Positions 37,357 to 47,667 of a stretch of 64,000 bases of DNA are shown in pieces (position 1 is the first letter of the stretch; every line of letters begins with the position of its first letter). The DNA is from Gemmatimonadota bacterium (GTDB lineage Bacteria; Gemmatimonadota; Gemmatimonadetes; Longimicrobiales; Gaopeijiaceae), in the NCBI GenBank assembly GCA_015664885.1, contig DQPL01000123.1, forward strand, positions 27,206 through 91,205, read 5' to 3'. The translations under genes were made by a program, and so were the position numbers. The notes beneath the pieces were generated by a model that worked only from the letters and a program-made list of their open reading frames with translations, ran no database searches and had not been told where the DNA came from.

Positions 37357-37776
37357 CTAACCCCGGAGTCGCTCGTGTCCTGAGAAGAAGAAAGCGATCT
37401 CGCTGGCCGCGTTCTCGTCGGAGTCAGAGGCGTGGATGGCGTTCCTGCCCTTGGACTCGGCGAAGAGCTTGCGAATCGTACCGTCCGCGGCTTCGGCCGG
37501 GTCGGTGGCACCGATCTCTTCGCGTAGCTTGGCCACCGCATCGTCCGACTCGAGCACCATCGGAATCACCGGGCCCGAAGTCATGAACTCGACCAATTCG
37601 TCATAGAATGGTCGACCCTCGTGGACCGCATAGAATGCACCTGCCTGCGCGCTGCCGAGGACCGTGAGCCTCAGCGACTTCACAGCAAAGCCGGCGTTCT
37701 CCAGGTGAGCGAGAATCTTGCCGGCTTTCCCGGCACCGACGGCATCTGGTTTGATGATTGCCAGAGTTTGACTCAT
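37357..37776 (-). CDS. ndk: nucleoside diphosphate kinase
   Basis: Begins 'TLAIIKPDAV' from ATG 37776, which overlaps the CBS gene stop as ATGA. Contains 'NAIHASDS'. Confidence 0.9.
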   Translation of the reverse strand: MSQTLAIIKPDAVGAGKAGKILAHLENAGFAVKSLRLTVLGSAQAGAFYAVHEGRPFYDELVEFMTSGPVIPMVLESDDAVAKLREEIGATDPAEAADGTIRKLFAESKGRNAIHASDSDENAASEIAFFFSGHERLRG

Positions 37777-38210
37777 GAGTGGCTTTCTTCTTCCCTGCTC
37801 GTTGGAGTGGCACCCTCGTGCAGGGTGCGCAGAATCGTGTCGCGTGTAACAAAGCCGATGAACTCTCCGTCGCGCACGACCGGCAGCTGCTCGACATCCC
37901 TGTTCACCATGGTATTGGCGGCCTCGACCAGCGGCTGATCCTCCGACACGCACAGCACTGCACGCGTCATCACATCCCTGGCGAATAGCTCTTCACTGCC
38001 GGGCGCGGCCGGCCGCTCGTTCAATACGCGGTCCAGCGCGTCGCCCGAGGTGATGATCCCCAACACCTCATACTGCTCACCGACGACGGGTACCACGCGC
38101 ACTTCGTGCCGGACCATCAAGTCCACCACCTCGGCGAGCGGAGTATCCGGATAGACCCGGTACTGCGCCGGCTTCAGAGCGTCTTCGACCATCAGTGTTT
38201 TTTCTTCCAT
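37773..38210 (-). CDS. CBS domain pair protein
   Basis: Two CBS-like segments ('VVPVVGEQYEVLGIITSGD' and 'QLPVVRDGEFIGFVTRD'). 145 aa. Confidence 0.75.
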   Translation of the reverse strand: MEEKTLMVEDALKPAQYRVYPDTPLAEVVDLMVRHEVRVVPVVGEQYEVLGIITSGDALDRVLNERPAAPGSEELFARDVMTRAVLCVSEDQPLVEAANTMVNRDVEQLPVVRDGEFIGFVTRDTILRTLHEGATPTSREEESHS

Positions 38211-38234
38211 GACGTTCCGGTAGCCTGCGAGGGC

Positions 38235-39119
38235 CTAGTTCAGCGCGTCCTGGATCAATCCTACCAGGTCCGCCGGACGCTTCGCCACCGCGATCCCGTT
38301 TTCCTCGAAGGCCTTCATCTTCTCCTCAGCCGTACCGGCTGAGCCGCTGATGATCGCGCCAGCATGTCCCATTCTTCGTCCCGGTGGAGCCGTCTGGCCG
38401 GCGATGAATCCCACCACCGGCTTGGACATGTGGTCGCTGACATACGCTGCAGCCTCCTGTTCGTCGGTGCCACCGATCTCCCCGAGCATGACCACCCCCT
38501 TCGTGTCGGGGTCGGCCTCAAACGCCTCGAGACAGTCGATAAAGTTCGTCCCGATGAGCGGATCTCCGCCAATACCCACGCAGGTGGTTTGCCCCAGGCC
38601 CGCACCCGTGAGCTGGAAAACCGCTTCGTAGGTGAGCGTACCGGATCGCGAGACCAGCCCGATCGGTCCTTCGGTGACGATCTGCCCGGGCAGGATGCCG
38701 ACCTTCGCTTTGCCCGGCGAGATAAGCCCCGGACAGTTCGGGCCGAGCACACGCACCCCTTTGTCGCGAGCAAACACATGCGCTCTCGCCATGTCGAGCA
38801 CCGGCACGCCTTCGGTGATTGCGACGACCAGCGCGACGCCCGAATCGGCCGCTTCGAGTACTGCGCCCGCCGCGAACGCCGGGGGCACGAAGATCACCGA
38901 GGTGTTGGCGCCGGTCTCGGCGACCGCCTCGTCCATGGCGTTGAAGATCGGCACCGTCTGGCCGTTGGGGCCCTCGAACGTCTGACCACCCTTACCCGGG
39001 GTTACACCAGCGACCACGTTGGTGCCGTACTCCATGGTTTGCAGCGTGTGGAACGAGCCGTCCCGCCCGGTGATGCCCTGCACTACCAGCTTGGTGTCGT
39101 TGTCGATGAAAATGGACAT
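38235..39119 (-). CDS. sucD: succinyl-CoA synthetase alpha subunit
   Basis: Contains 'VQGITG', 'SRSGTLTYE' and 'GHAGAI'. Confidence 0.95.
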   Translation of the reverse strand: MSIFIDNDTKLVVQGITGRDGSFHTLQTMEYGTNVVAGVTPGKGGQTFEGPNGQTVPIFNAMDEAVAETGANTSVIFVPPAFAAGAVLEAADSGVALVVAITEGVPVLDMARAHVFARDKGVRVLGPNCPGLISPGKAKVGILPGQIVTEGPIGLVSRSGTLTYEAVFQLTGAGLGQTTCVGIGGDPLIGTNFIDCLEAFEADPDTKGVVMLGEIGGTDEQEAAAYVSDHMSKPVVGFIAGQTAPPGRRMGHAGAIISGSAGTAEEKMKAFEENGIAVAKRPADLVGLIQDALN

Positions 39120-39122
39120 GGG

Positions 39123-40262
39123 TTACGCGCCCCCTGCAGCCAGTTCAACCGCTTTCTCGACCACGGCGTCCATCGACGTATACGCGGAGAAACCCGCGTC
39201 ACTGAGAATCTCGAGCGCCAACTCTTCGTTCGTGCCGGTGAGTCGGATCACGATGGGCGGTCCGATGTCGATGCGATTGGTCGCCTCCACAATGCCTCTG
39301 GCAACGTCGTCACAACGGGTAATGCCGCCGAAAATGTTGAAGAGGATCGCTTTCACGTTCGGGTCCGACGTGATGATCTCCAGCGCGGCAACAACCTTGT
39401 CGGGATTGGACGAGCCCCCGATGTCCAGGAAGTTCGCGGGCTCGCCGCCGTAGTACTTTACCAAATCCATAGTGGCCATCGCGAGGCCTGCCCCGTTGAC
39501 GCAGCACCCGACGTCCCCGTCGAGCTTCACGTACGAGAGACCCGCCTCACGCGCCTTGACCTCCGACGCCGGTTCGGACGACGTGTCCCGCATGGCTTCG
39601 ACGTCGGGACGACGAAACAACTCCGAGTCGTCGATGCTCATCTTGGCGTCGATCGCTTTGACTTCACCGGCCGACGTAGTGATGAGCGGGTTGATCTCAG
39701 CCATCGACGCCCCTGAGTTCACAAAAGCGTCGTAGAGCTGCGCGATGATCTTGCTCGCCTGCTTGATCAACTTGGGGTCATCGTAAAGGAAGTTGGCGAG
39801 CCAGAACGCCTGGTGAGGCAGGATCCCATAGCGGGGATCGACCGTCAGCTTCCGAATCAGCTCTGGCGTCTCGTGGGCGACATGCTCGATATCCACGCCG
39901 CCTTCGGCCGAGACCATGAACGTCGCCGCTTGTTTCTTGCGGTCCATGAGCACGCCGACGTACGCCTCGGTGTCGATATCCTCCGCAGGCGTCACCAGCA
40001 CTTTCTCCACGGTGAGGCCCTTGATGTCCATCCCAAGGATCGCCGTTGCGTGTTCCTTCGCTTCGGCCGCATCCTTCGCAAGCCTGACGCCGCCCGCCTT
40101 GCCCCGGCCGCCGGAGTGTACTTGCGCCTTCACCACGACGGTCCCGCCGTACCCGGCCGCGATGGTTTCGGCCTCTTCGGGGGTCGTCGCGATCTCGCCG
40201 GGCGGAACGTCGATGCCGGCCGCGCGAAAGCGTTCCTTTGCCTGATATTCGTGGATGTCCAT
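39123..40262 (-). CDS. sucC: succinyl-CoA synthetase beta subunit
   Basis: Contains 'IHEYQAKE', '[17 protein letters not shown]' and '[10 protein letters not shown]'. Confidence 0.95.
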   Translation of the reverse strand: MDIHEYQAKERFRAAGIDVPPGEIATTPEEAETIAAGYGGTVVVKAQVHSGGRGKAGGVRLAKDAAEAKEHATAILGMDIKGLTVEKVLVTPAEDIDTEAYVGVLMDRKKQAATFMVSAEGGVDIEHVAHETPELIRKLTVDPRYGILPHQAFWLANFLYDDPKLIKQASKIIAQLYDAFVNSGASMAEINPLITTSAGEVKAIDAKMSIDDSELFRRPDVEAMRDTSSEPASEVKAREAGLSYVKLDGDVGCCVNGAGLAMATMDLVKYYGGEPANFLDIGGSSNPDKVVAALEIITSDPNVKAILFNIFGGITRCDDVARGIVEATNRIDIGPPIVIRLTGTNEELALEILSDAGFSAYTSMDAVVEKAVELAAGGA

Positions 40263-40338
40263 GTGCTTTTTGGAAATGGAGAGACCTAAAAGTTACTAAA
40301 AGGCCCCGCCCGACCCCAGGGAGCCGAGCCCTACTTGT

Positions 40339-43101
40339 TCAGCGGCTCCCCAGGCGCTGAAGCAACGCACGAAGCTCGTCCAACGCCTCCCCGTAGCCCT
40401 GCCAGTCCCCAGCCCGGGCGCGAGCCTCCGCCCGCTCGAGAAGGCCGAGCGCGGTCGAGGGCCGGGGCGCATCCCCGCCAGCCGGCGCGTCGAGCGTAGG
40501 CATCGCGGTAGGCGCGCCGGGCTCCGGCGCTGCGAGGCCGGAGAGCTCGCTGATGGCGTCGGCCAAGGACTCGGTCATCGCCACGCGGACGCCGTCGCTC
40601 ACCACAAATCGTCTGAGCTCCGGAATCGCGTCCGCCTCGGCGGCGAGGAAGACGGGCTCCATGTACAGGATTCGGTTCCCCGCCGAAACCAGGTGAAGGT
40701 GGCCCGTCCAGACCTCGCTTCCCGCCCCTCGCCAAAGCGAGAACTGCTGCGAGATCAGCGGATCCTGCTCAACCAAGGCCTCGATCTGGCGGGGGCCAGG
40801 CACCTGGTCCGTGATGGGCACGTCGTAGAGGATCAACTCGGGCACGCCACGCTCATCCGTGCGGGCGGCGAGGATGGCGGTGAGGTTTTGCCGGTCCCTC
40901 GGTACGAACACCGTCGTAAGGTGGAAGCGTGCCTCACTCTCTCCCGGCAATGCGTAGAGGCCGTACTCGGGGCGGTATGCGATCGGAGACGGGCCCTGTG
41001 CGAGTTCCTGTGGGGAATCCCAAACGTCCTGCTGGCCATGGAACGCCGGCGCCGTTTCCTGGTGGTACTGGTGGAGCACGCGGGTCTGCAGGTTCAGCAT
41101 GTCTCTGGAATAACGCACGTGGTCCCTCAACTCGGCCGGCATCTGCTCCAGGGGCTGAAGCAGTCCGGGGAACGCGCGCTCGTAGGCGTCGAGCAGCGGG
41201 TCCTCGACCGGGACCCGGTAGAAGTCCACTGCTCCGGTTACCGCGTTGACCGTGACCTTTACCGAATTTCGTACGTACCTCACTCTCGTTCGGATCGTGC
41301 CAAATTGCTGCAAGGTCGAAAGCGGGAAGGCAGCGGTCGCTGTAAAGCCCTCCAGTATCCACACGACCTGCCCGTCCACTACCACCGGGTATGGCACTTC
41401 CGGGAACCGGAAGAACGGTGCGATCGCAAGCACGCGTTCAGTGACCTGGCGTCGGAAGATGAAGCGACTGTCGTCCGTGAGCTCGGAGGATAAAATGAGG
41501 TTCAGTTCGCCGAAGCGCCAAGCGAGCATCGCGCTGCGCAGCCATCCTCCGAGCTCGATCCCTAACGGGAAATCCGTGCCCGCAACGCCCGGCTCCCCGT
41601 TGGGAGCGAGAAACTGGCCGCTTCCGCCATCGACGACCGCGTAGTCCTGAGAGCGCGTCCCGAAGAAGACCTCTGTGTGATCCAGGCTGAGTCCCGGCAC
41701 CGCAAACGCGCCGGTCGCCGACTCGGGTGGGATACCCGAGACCAGCATCGGCGGGCGCCCCTCCGGGGTCCGCTCGCTGGCGAGACTCGCGACCACGCCC
41801 ATCCCTTCTACGTAAAGCTCCCGTAGATGCATGTTCTGCCAGTTCTGATCCTGAATCCCGCGCGGCTCAACCTCCCGTACCGACATCGCGACCGTCACCG
41901 GTCCGGCGGCGGTCTGGTAGCGATCGATGGTGATGCCCCGAAAGTCGTAGTAGGGATAACGAGCCTCGAGTTCACGGTAGGTCGCAAGCAACGGGCCCTC
42001 GTTCCAAACCGGCAACCCCGCAAATTGCCGTGCCGCCGCGGACCAATCGATTGCTTCGTCCGGCGAATACTCGAAGGGACGGCGCTCCATCTCGTCCAGT
42101 GCGAAGCCCAAGCGAGTGAATTCGAGATTGCTTTCGATGAACGGGGACTCACGCTCCAGTTCGTTGGGCTCGACCTGCAGCGACTGGATCAGGCTGGGGT
42201 AGAGCTGCCCGATCATGAGCATCGCGAACACTACCGCTGCGAGCGCGCTCACGATCGCAGTGCCTCGGTTCTTCCAGGCTCCCCAGAATACTGCCACACC
42301 AGACACGACGCAGATGATGGTGAGCGTCTGCCGTGCCGGCAGCCTCGCCGCGGAGTCCGCGAACCCGAAGATCCCACGCACATCGGAGGTGCCGTCCCAG
42401 ATGAGCTCGTACCGGCTCAGCCAAAGGCGGGCTCCTATCAGGAGCAGGAACAGCCCGAGAACCGCCCCGAGGTGCAGACGCACACGGTCGTCGGCTTCCA
42501 CGCGGCCGCGGTCCCAGCGCAGTGCTCCGGTGGCCGCATACCCCGCCGTCGCGAGCGTGAAGAGCAAGAAAACGACCACCAACGCATACGCGACGAGCTG
42601 CAGCAGAGCCGGAACCCAAAAAACGTAGAAACCAACGTCATGGTTGAGCATCGGTTCGGCGATGCCCCAGGCTTCCGCGTTCAGGATCAAAAGGAGCTGC
42701 GAGCCCAAACTCAGAGGAATCGATCCGCCAAACCAAAGTGCGAGCAGCCCCGAGGTGCCTGCCAAACCCCAGAACACGTAGCTCTTCGGCAGCTGCTCAG
42801 AGATCTCGAGATTCCCGAACTGCCGCTTGATCTGGAGGCCGCCCAGCGTCTCGGCCACGATACGCAGGTTTAGGAAGACGAGGACCCCGACCGCGACGCC
42901 GGCCAGGATTCGCGCGCCCCACTGCCACAGCACACGCAGCCAGAAGACGTCGCCGTACCCGGTCTGAGCATGCCAGAGGATCTCCACGTACATCGTGGCG
43001 GCGAGCCGTCCGAGGCCCACCACGAGGGCCAGCACGAGAGCGATCGTGACGAGTGCACGGCCCCCGCGAAGGGTGGGAATCGGCGGGCGCTTGCTCGACA
43101 T
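40339..43101 (-). CDS. UPF0182 family large polytopic membrane protein
   Basis: 920 aa. The N-terminal part has multiple TM helices ('YVEILWHAQTGYGDVFW'). The C-terminal soluble part ends with a helical tail. Assignment is by overall resemblance to UPF0182/COG1615. Confidence 0.75.
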   Translation of the reverse strand: MSSKRPPIPTLRGGRALVTIALVLALVVGLGRLAATMYVEILWHAQTGYGDVFWLRVLWQWGARILAGVAVGVLVFLNLRIVAETLGGLQIKRQFGNLEISEQLPKSYVFWGLAGTSGLLALWFGGSIPLSLGSQLLLILNAEAWGIAEPMLNHDVGFYVFWVPALLQLVAYALVVVFLLFTLATAGYAATGALRWDRGRVEADDRVRLHLGAVLGLFLLLIGARLWLSRYELIWDGTSDVRGIFGFADSAARLPARQTLTIICVVSGVAVFWGAWKNRGTAIVSALAAVVFAMLMIGQLYPSLIQSLQVEPNELERESPFIESNLEFTRLGFALDEMERRPFEYSPDEAIDWSAAARQFAGLPVWNEGPLLATYRELEARYPYYDFRGITIDRYQTAAGPVTVAMSVREVEPRGIQDQNWQNMHLRELYVEGMGVVASLASERTPEGRPPMLVSGIPPESATGAFAVPGLSLDHTEVFFGTRSQDYAVVDGGSGQFLAPNGEPGVAGTDFPLGIELGGWLRSAMLAWRFGELNLILSSELTDDSRFIFRRQVTERVLAIAPFFRFPEVPYPVVVDGQVVWILEGFTATAAFPLSTLQQFGTIRTRVRYVRNSVKVTVNAVTGAVDFYRVPVEDPLLDAYERAFPGLLQPLEQMPAELRDHVRYSRDMLNLQTRVLHQYHQETAPAFHGQQDVWDSPQELAQGPSPIAYRPEYGLYALPGESEARFHLTTVFVPRDRQNLTAILAARTDERGVPELILYDVPITDQVPGPRQIEALVEQDPLISQQFSLWRGAGSEVWTGHLHLVSAGNRILYMEPVFLAAEADAIPELRRFVVSDGVRVAMTESLADAISELSGLAAPEPGAPTAMPTLDAPAGGDAPRPSTALGLLERAEARARAGDWQGYGEALDELRALLQRLGSR

Positions 43102-43114
43102 CGGCGCTTACACC

Positions 43115-44479
43115 CTACGCGAACGGAACACCGTTCTCGGTGAGCCAATGCGCGATGTGCGCTCGAATCTCAGCAAGCCGCTGCTCGGTGCGTGCTTCGA
43201 AGCGCGCGACGATGACCGGCTGCGTGTTGGACGCCCGCAGCAGCGCCCAACCGTCTCCGAAGAGCACGCGTACACCATCGACCTCGATGACATCATGTGT
43301 CGTCCTGAAGTGCGAAACGGCGTCTGCTACCACGGCCCACTTCTGTTCCTCCGTCACGTCAATCCGAATTTCGGCCGTCGATACATACACCGGAAAATCG
43401 GAAACCATCTCCGACAGGGACCTGCCGGATCGGCTCACGAGCTCGATGAGACGGCACGCGTCGTAAGGCGCGTCGTCGAAGCCGAAGTAGTCGTCAGCGA
43501 TCATGATATGCCCCGATAGCTCACCCGCGACAAGTGCACCGGTCTCCTTCATGTGCTCCTTGATGAGCGAATGGCCCGTCTGCCACATGATCGGCTCTCC
43601 GCCGGCAGCCTCGAAAACCTCGGGCAGTGCCTGACTGCACTTCACGTCGAATACGAGCTTCTGGCCCGGGCCATGCTTGGCGAGCACATCGAGTCCGTAC
43701 AACAGTAGTAGCGTGTCCCCGCGAATGATGTCGCCGTTCTCGTCGACGGCGCCGATGCGGTCCGCGTCGCCGTCGAAGGCCACGCCCATGTCGTGCGGCG
43801 TGTCCCGCACCGAGCGAATGAGGTCCTCGAGGTTGGCGTCGACCGTCGGATCAGGGTGGTGGTTGGGGAACGTCGGGTCGGAGTCGCAGAAGAGCGGAGT
43901 CACCTCGACACCAATCGCCTCGAGCAACTGAACCGCGACCAACGATCCTGTCCCGTTGCCACAATCCACCGCGACCTTCATGGGACGCGTGAGCTGAAAG
44001 CGCCGTGCGATATCCGCCACGTACTCATCGATGACGTCGAGTTGTTCCTGCCCGCCATCTCCCGACTCGAAGTCGCTCTCCTTGATGCGCCGGAGCAGGT
44101 CCTGGATCGCATCTCCGTACAGCGAGCCCCGGCCGAGCGTCATCTTGATGCCGTTCCACTCGGGCGGGTTGTGCGAACCTGTGATCTGCACTGCGCCGTC
44201 GGTCTGGAACGTGACTTCGGACCAGTAGAGCACGGGCGTCGGTACCGTACCCACGTCGAGCACATGGCAGCCCGTAGATAGTAGGCCACGGATGAGCCCT
44301 GCCACGAGCTCTGGAGACGTGAGTCGATTGTCGTGGCCTACCGCTACCCTGGGCGCTTCGAGTCCGGTCGCCACCCTCATGTGCGATCCGAACGCGCGGC
44401 CCACGAGCTCCGTTATGTCGGTATCGAGATCCACTCCCACGATGCCCCGGATGTCATACTGCCGGAAGATTTGGTCCAC
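43115..44479 (-). CDS. phosphomannomutase/phosphoglucomutase
   Basis: Contains 'YDIRG', active-site 'TGSHNPPEWNGIK', 'FDGDADR' and 'GELSGH'. GTG 44479 follows GAAGG, 11 nt after the nuoN stop. The ORF-track start at 44515 overlaps nuoN. Confidence 0.85.
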   Translation of the reverse strand: MDQIFRQYDIRGIVGVDLDTDITELVGRAFGSHMRVATGLEAPRVAVGHDNRLTSPELVAGLIRGLLSTGCHVLDVGTVPTPVLYWSEVTFQTDGAVQITGSHNPPEWNGIKMTLGRGSLYGDAIQDLLRRIKESDFESGDGGQEQLDVIDEYVADIARRFQLTRPMKVAVDCGNGTGSLVAVQLLEAIGVEVTPLFCDSDPTFPNHHPDPTVDANLEDLIRSVRDTPHDMGVAFDGDADRIGAVDENGDIIRGDTLLLLYGLDVLAKHGPGQKLVFDVKCSQALPEVFEAAGGEPIMWQTGHSLIKEHMKETGALVAGELSGHIMIADDYFGFDDAPYDACRLIELVSRSGRSLSEMVSDFPVYVSTAEIRIDVTEEQKWAVVADAVSHFRTTHDVIEVDGVRVLFGDGWALLRASNTQPVIVARFEARTEQRLAEIRAHIAHWLTENGVPFA

Positions 44480-44489
44480 TACGCAGCCT

Positions 44490-46025
44490 TCACGGCGCGA
44501 GTCCGACGATGCCACCCCCGAACGCTCCCAGCCCCTGCACGCTGGCGCGCGCGAACTCGAGCGCCGCTCCCGGGAAGATGCCCGTGTACACGATCAGGCC
44601 CACGCACACAACAAGCGCGAGACGCATCGGGAACGGCGTGATCACGAGGTCGTGTTGGCCGTCGCTGGTGGGGTTCTTCATCCACATGAGCCAGGCGACG
44701 CGCAGGTAGTACCAGTACGATGCCACGGTCGTGAGCACGAGAATGACCATGAGCCACCACAGCTCGGACTCGGCAGCGCCCTGAAGCAGATAGATCTTGC
44801 CCATGAAGCCTCCCGTGCCCGGGAAACCGGCAAGCGAGAGCAGGAAGATCGTCAGGAAGACGCCCAGAGCCGGATTGGTCCAACCGAATCCGGTGTAGTC
44901 GTCGATGTATTGGCGCTCCTCCGCCTGGTGCGCCACGCTGATCACGATGGCGAACGCGCCGATGTTCATGAGTGTGTACACGAGCAGGTAGAAGAGCATG
45001 CCCGCCGTGGCAGTCGGATTGGCCGCAGTCAAGGCCAGGAGGAGATACCCCCCGTGGGCGATGCTCGAGTAGGCCAGCATCCGCTTCACGTTGGTTTGCA
45101 CCAGCGCAATGAGATTCGCCGAGACCATGGTGATCGCGGCAAGCCACCACAGGATGGGGAACCAGGTGGTGTACGAGTCGTTGAAGGCGACCAAGAAGAC
45201 ACGCGCAAAGGCTATGAAGGCGGCTGCCTTTACCGTTGCCGACATGAACGCGGTCACCGGCGCCGGCGCACCCTCGTAGACGTCGGGCGTCCACATGTGG
45301 AAGGGCACCGCCGAGACCTTGAACGAGAAGCCAATCACCAGGAGCGCGATGGCGATCGTCAACAGGCCCGCAGTGGCGGCACCGCTCGAGACACTCGTGG
45401 CGATGACCGCAACGTTGGTACTGCCCGTGGCGCCGTAGGTCAGCGCGATTCCATAGAGGAAGAACCCCGTCGCGAACGCACCCAACAGGAAGTATTTGAG
45501 CCCGGCCTCGGCAGACTTGCGATCGCGCCGGTTGAACGCGGTGAGCGCGTACACGGCGATCGACATGACCTCGAGTCCCAGGAAGATGACGATCAAGTCG
45601 CGCGCGCCTGCCATGAACATCGCGCCGGCCGTCGCGAACAGGATCAAAGCAAAGAACTCACCAGCCTGGAGCCGTTGCCGATACACGTAGGCGAACGAAA
45701 TCAGAATCGTGAGCGCGGCGGCTAGCAAGAAGATCCAGTTCGCGAAGAGGCGGAAATGGTCCAGCGCGATCATGGAGTCCTGCCCAACCTCCTTGACCCC
45801 ATAGAGCCATCCGTTTGCGCCCGCCGCGATGAGCACACCGATCAACGAGAGCCATCCAAGGTCGGCCGTGGTGCCGAAGCTCGGATCACCCGAGGGCGCC
45901 TTGTCGGCATCCTTGTATTTGCCCGAAACACCGGCGACCAGAACGACCATACCGAACGTGCAGAGAATGATCTCGGGCAGGAGCGCCCAGAAGAAATGGA
46001 GCTGTCGGCTGAAGTCGAGTTCCAT
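44490..46025 (-). CDS. nuoN: NADH-quinone oxidoreductase subunit N
   Basis: Antiporter-like polytopic protein at the last position of the nuo operon. ATG 46025 lies 7 nt after the nuoM stop. Confidence 0.9.
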   Translation of the reverse strand: MELDFSRQLHFFWALLPEIILCTFGMVVLVAGVSGKYKDADKAPSGDPSFGTTADLGWLSLIGVLIAAGANGWLYGVKEVGQDSMIALDHFRLFANWIFLLAAALTILISFAYVYRQRLQAGEFFALILFATAGAMFMAGARDLIVIFLGLEVMSIAVYALTAFNRRDRKSAEAGLKYFLLGAFATGFFLYGIALTYGATGSTNVAVIATSVSSGAATAGLLTIAIALLVIGFSFKVSAVPFHMWTPDVYEGAPAPVTAFMSATVKAAAFIAFARVFLVAFNDSYTTWFPILWWLAAITMVSANLIALVQTNVKRMLAYSSIAHGGYLLLALTAANPTATAGMLFYLLVYTLMNIGAFAIVISVAHQAEERQYIDDYTGFGWTNPALGVFLTIFLLSLAGFPGTGGFMGKIYLLQGAAESELWWLMVILVLTTVASYWYYLRVAWLMWMKNPTSDGQHDLVITPFPMRLALVVCVGLIVYTGIFPGAALEFARASVQGLGAFGGGIVGLAP

Positions 46026-46032
46026 GAGCCTT

Positions 46033-47667
46033 CTAGTCGTCGTCGGTGGAGCGATCGCCACCGTCGAGGTCATCGCTTGCTTCGAGATCCGCCGGCGCCG
46101 GTACGATCACTACGCTCGAGCCCGGCTCGAGCACCGAGCCCAACGTTCCGGCCGGCGCGGCGGCCTGGACCCGTTCGAGCACCAAGCGCACGCTCGGCTC
46201 CATGCGCTCGAGTATTGGAGTGGGGTTCCAGCCGATCCAGATCATCAGCGCGCACAGCGGAGCCAGAATCACCATCTCACGCCTCGAAAGGTCCTGCATC
46301 TCGCGGTTCTCTGGCTTGTCGAGTGCGTTGAAGAAGATCTTCTGGACCATGGGAAGCATGTAGTACGCCGCGAAAATCACGCCGAGCGTGGCGATGATCG
46401 CGATGGTGGGGTGCGTCTCGAACACCCCGAGCAGGGCGAGGAATTCGCCTACGAAGCCGCTGGTACCGGGCAGGCCGATGGACGCGAGAGCCGTGAGTAC
46501 GAACACCGTAGCGAAAAGCGGAGCGACGCGACCGATGCCGCCGAAGTCCTCGATCTTCCTCGTGTGTCGCCGCTCGTAGAGCATGCCCAGCAGTAGGAAG
46601 AGCGCGCCCGTGCTGATGCCGTGAGAGATCATCACGATCAGCCCGCCCTGCAATCCGTTCACGGTGAGCGCGAAGATCCCAAGCAAGACGAAGCCCATGT
46701 GCGCCACCGACGTGTACGCAACCAGCTTCTTTGCATCCGGCTGCACGGCGGCGACCCAAGCGGTGTAAATGATGCCGATCACCGCGAGCACGAGCATCAC
46801 GTACACGACGGTCGTGTGCTGCGCCGCTACTGGGAAAAGCGGAAGCAAGAACCGGAGGAAGCCGTAGGTGCCCATCTTCAGAAGCACCGCCGCCAAGACC
46901 ACCGAACCCGGCGTCGGCGCTTCGACGTGGGCGTCCGGTAGCCAAGTGTGCAGAGGGAAGACCGGCACTTTTACGCTGAACGCCAGCGCGAAGGCAGTGA
47001 AGAGCCAAAGCTGCTCGGTCCCCGTAAGCGGTACCTGGAGCATGTCGGCGTACGCGAACGTCGGGAATCCCAGCAGCTCATTCGCCGTGAAGGCCATGTA
47101 CAGGATCCCTACGAGCATCAACAGGGACCCAAGCGCCGTGTAGAGGAAGAACTTGATCGCCGCGTAGATGCGGCGCTCGCCTCCCCATATACCTACGATG
47201 AAATACATGGGAACGAGCGTGAGCTCGAAGAACACGTAGAACAGCATGAGGTCGGTGGCCACGAAGACGCCGACCACACCCGCTTGCAAGAGCAGCATCA
47301 GCGCATAGAACGCGCGTTGCCGCTCCTTGATGTAGTTGAAGGACCCGAGGATCGCGAGCGCGCTGGTCAACGTCGTGAGCAACACCATGAAGAGGCTGAT
47401 GCCGTCGATCCCGAGCGAGTAGCTCACGCCCCAGGTCTCGATCCATGGAGTCGAGCTCTCCATCTGCATGCTACCCTGCGTGGGGTCAAAGGCCCACCAG
47501 AGCCCGAGGCTCAGCACCAACACGCCCATCGACCACCAGAACGCCACTTTCTTGGCTACTTCCTCTTCGCCCCAGAGCACGAGCCCGACGCCCAGAATGG
47601 GTAGCCAGATGAGCGCGTGCAGGACCCACCCCACGTAACCGATCGATTCGAGCAACGAAGTCATCAT
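46033..47667 (-). CDS. nuoM: NADH-quinone oxidoreductase subunit M
   Basis: Contains 'WLPDAHVEAPTPGSV'. Operon position. Its start overlaps the nuoL stop by 1 nt. Confidence 0.9.
   Translation of the reverse strand: MMTSLLESIGYVGWVLHALIWLPILGVGLVLWGEEEVAKKVAFWWSMGVLVLSLGLWWAFDPTQGSMQMESSTPWIETWGVSYSLGIDGISLFMVLLTTLTSALAILGSFNYIKERQRAFYALMLLLQAGVVGVFVATDLMLFYVFFELTLVPMYFIVGIWGGERRIYAAIKFFLYTALGSLLMLVGILYMAFTANELLGFPTFAYADMLQVPLTGTEQLWLFTAFALAFSVKVPVFPLHTWLPDAHVEAPTPGSVVLAAVLLKMGTYGFLRFLLPLFPVAAQHTTVVYVMLVLAVIGIIYTAWVAAVQPDAKKLVAYTSVAHMGFVLLGIFALTVNGLQGGLIVMISHGISTGALFLLLGMLYERRHTRKIEDFGGIGRVAPLFATVFVLTALASIGLPGTSGFVGEFLALLGVFETHPTIAIIATLGVIFAAYYMLPMVQKIFFNALDKPENREMQDLSRREMVILAPLCALMIWIGWNPTPILERMEPSVRLVLERVQAAAPAGTLGSVLEPGSSVVIVPAPADLEASDDLDGGDRSTDDD

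Noticed and set aside
38364-39716. A 450-aa ORF antisense to sucD/sucC. Similar cases are 34558-35604 antisense to fabH, 22238-23362 antisense to the M14 gene, 27147-28166 antisense to ctp, 7340-8338 and 949-1893.
   Set aside because: The reasoning is the same. These are shadow ORFs of strongly supported genes, with Arg/Gly/His-rich low-information sequence.
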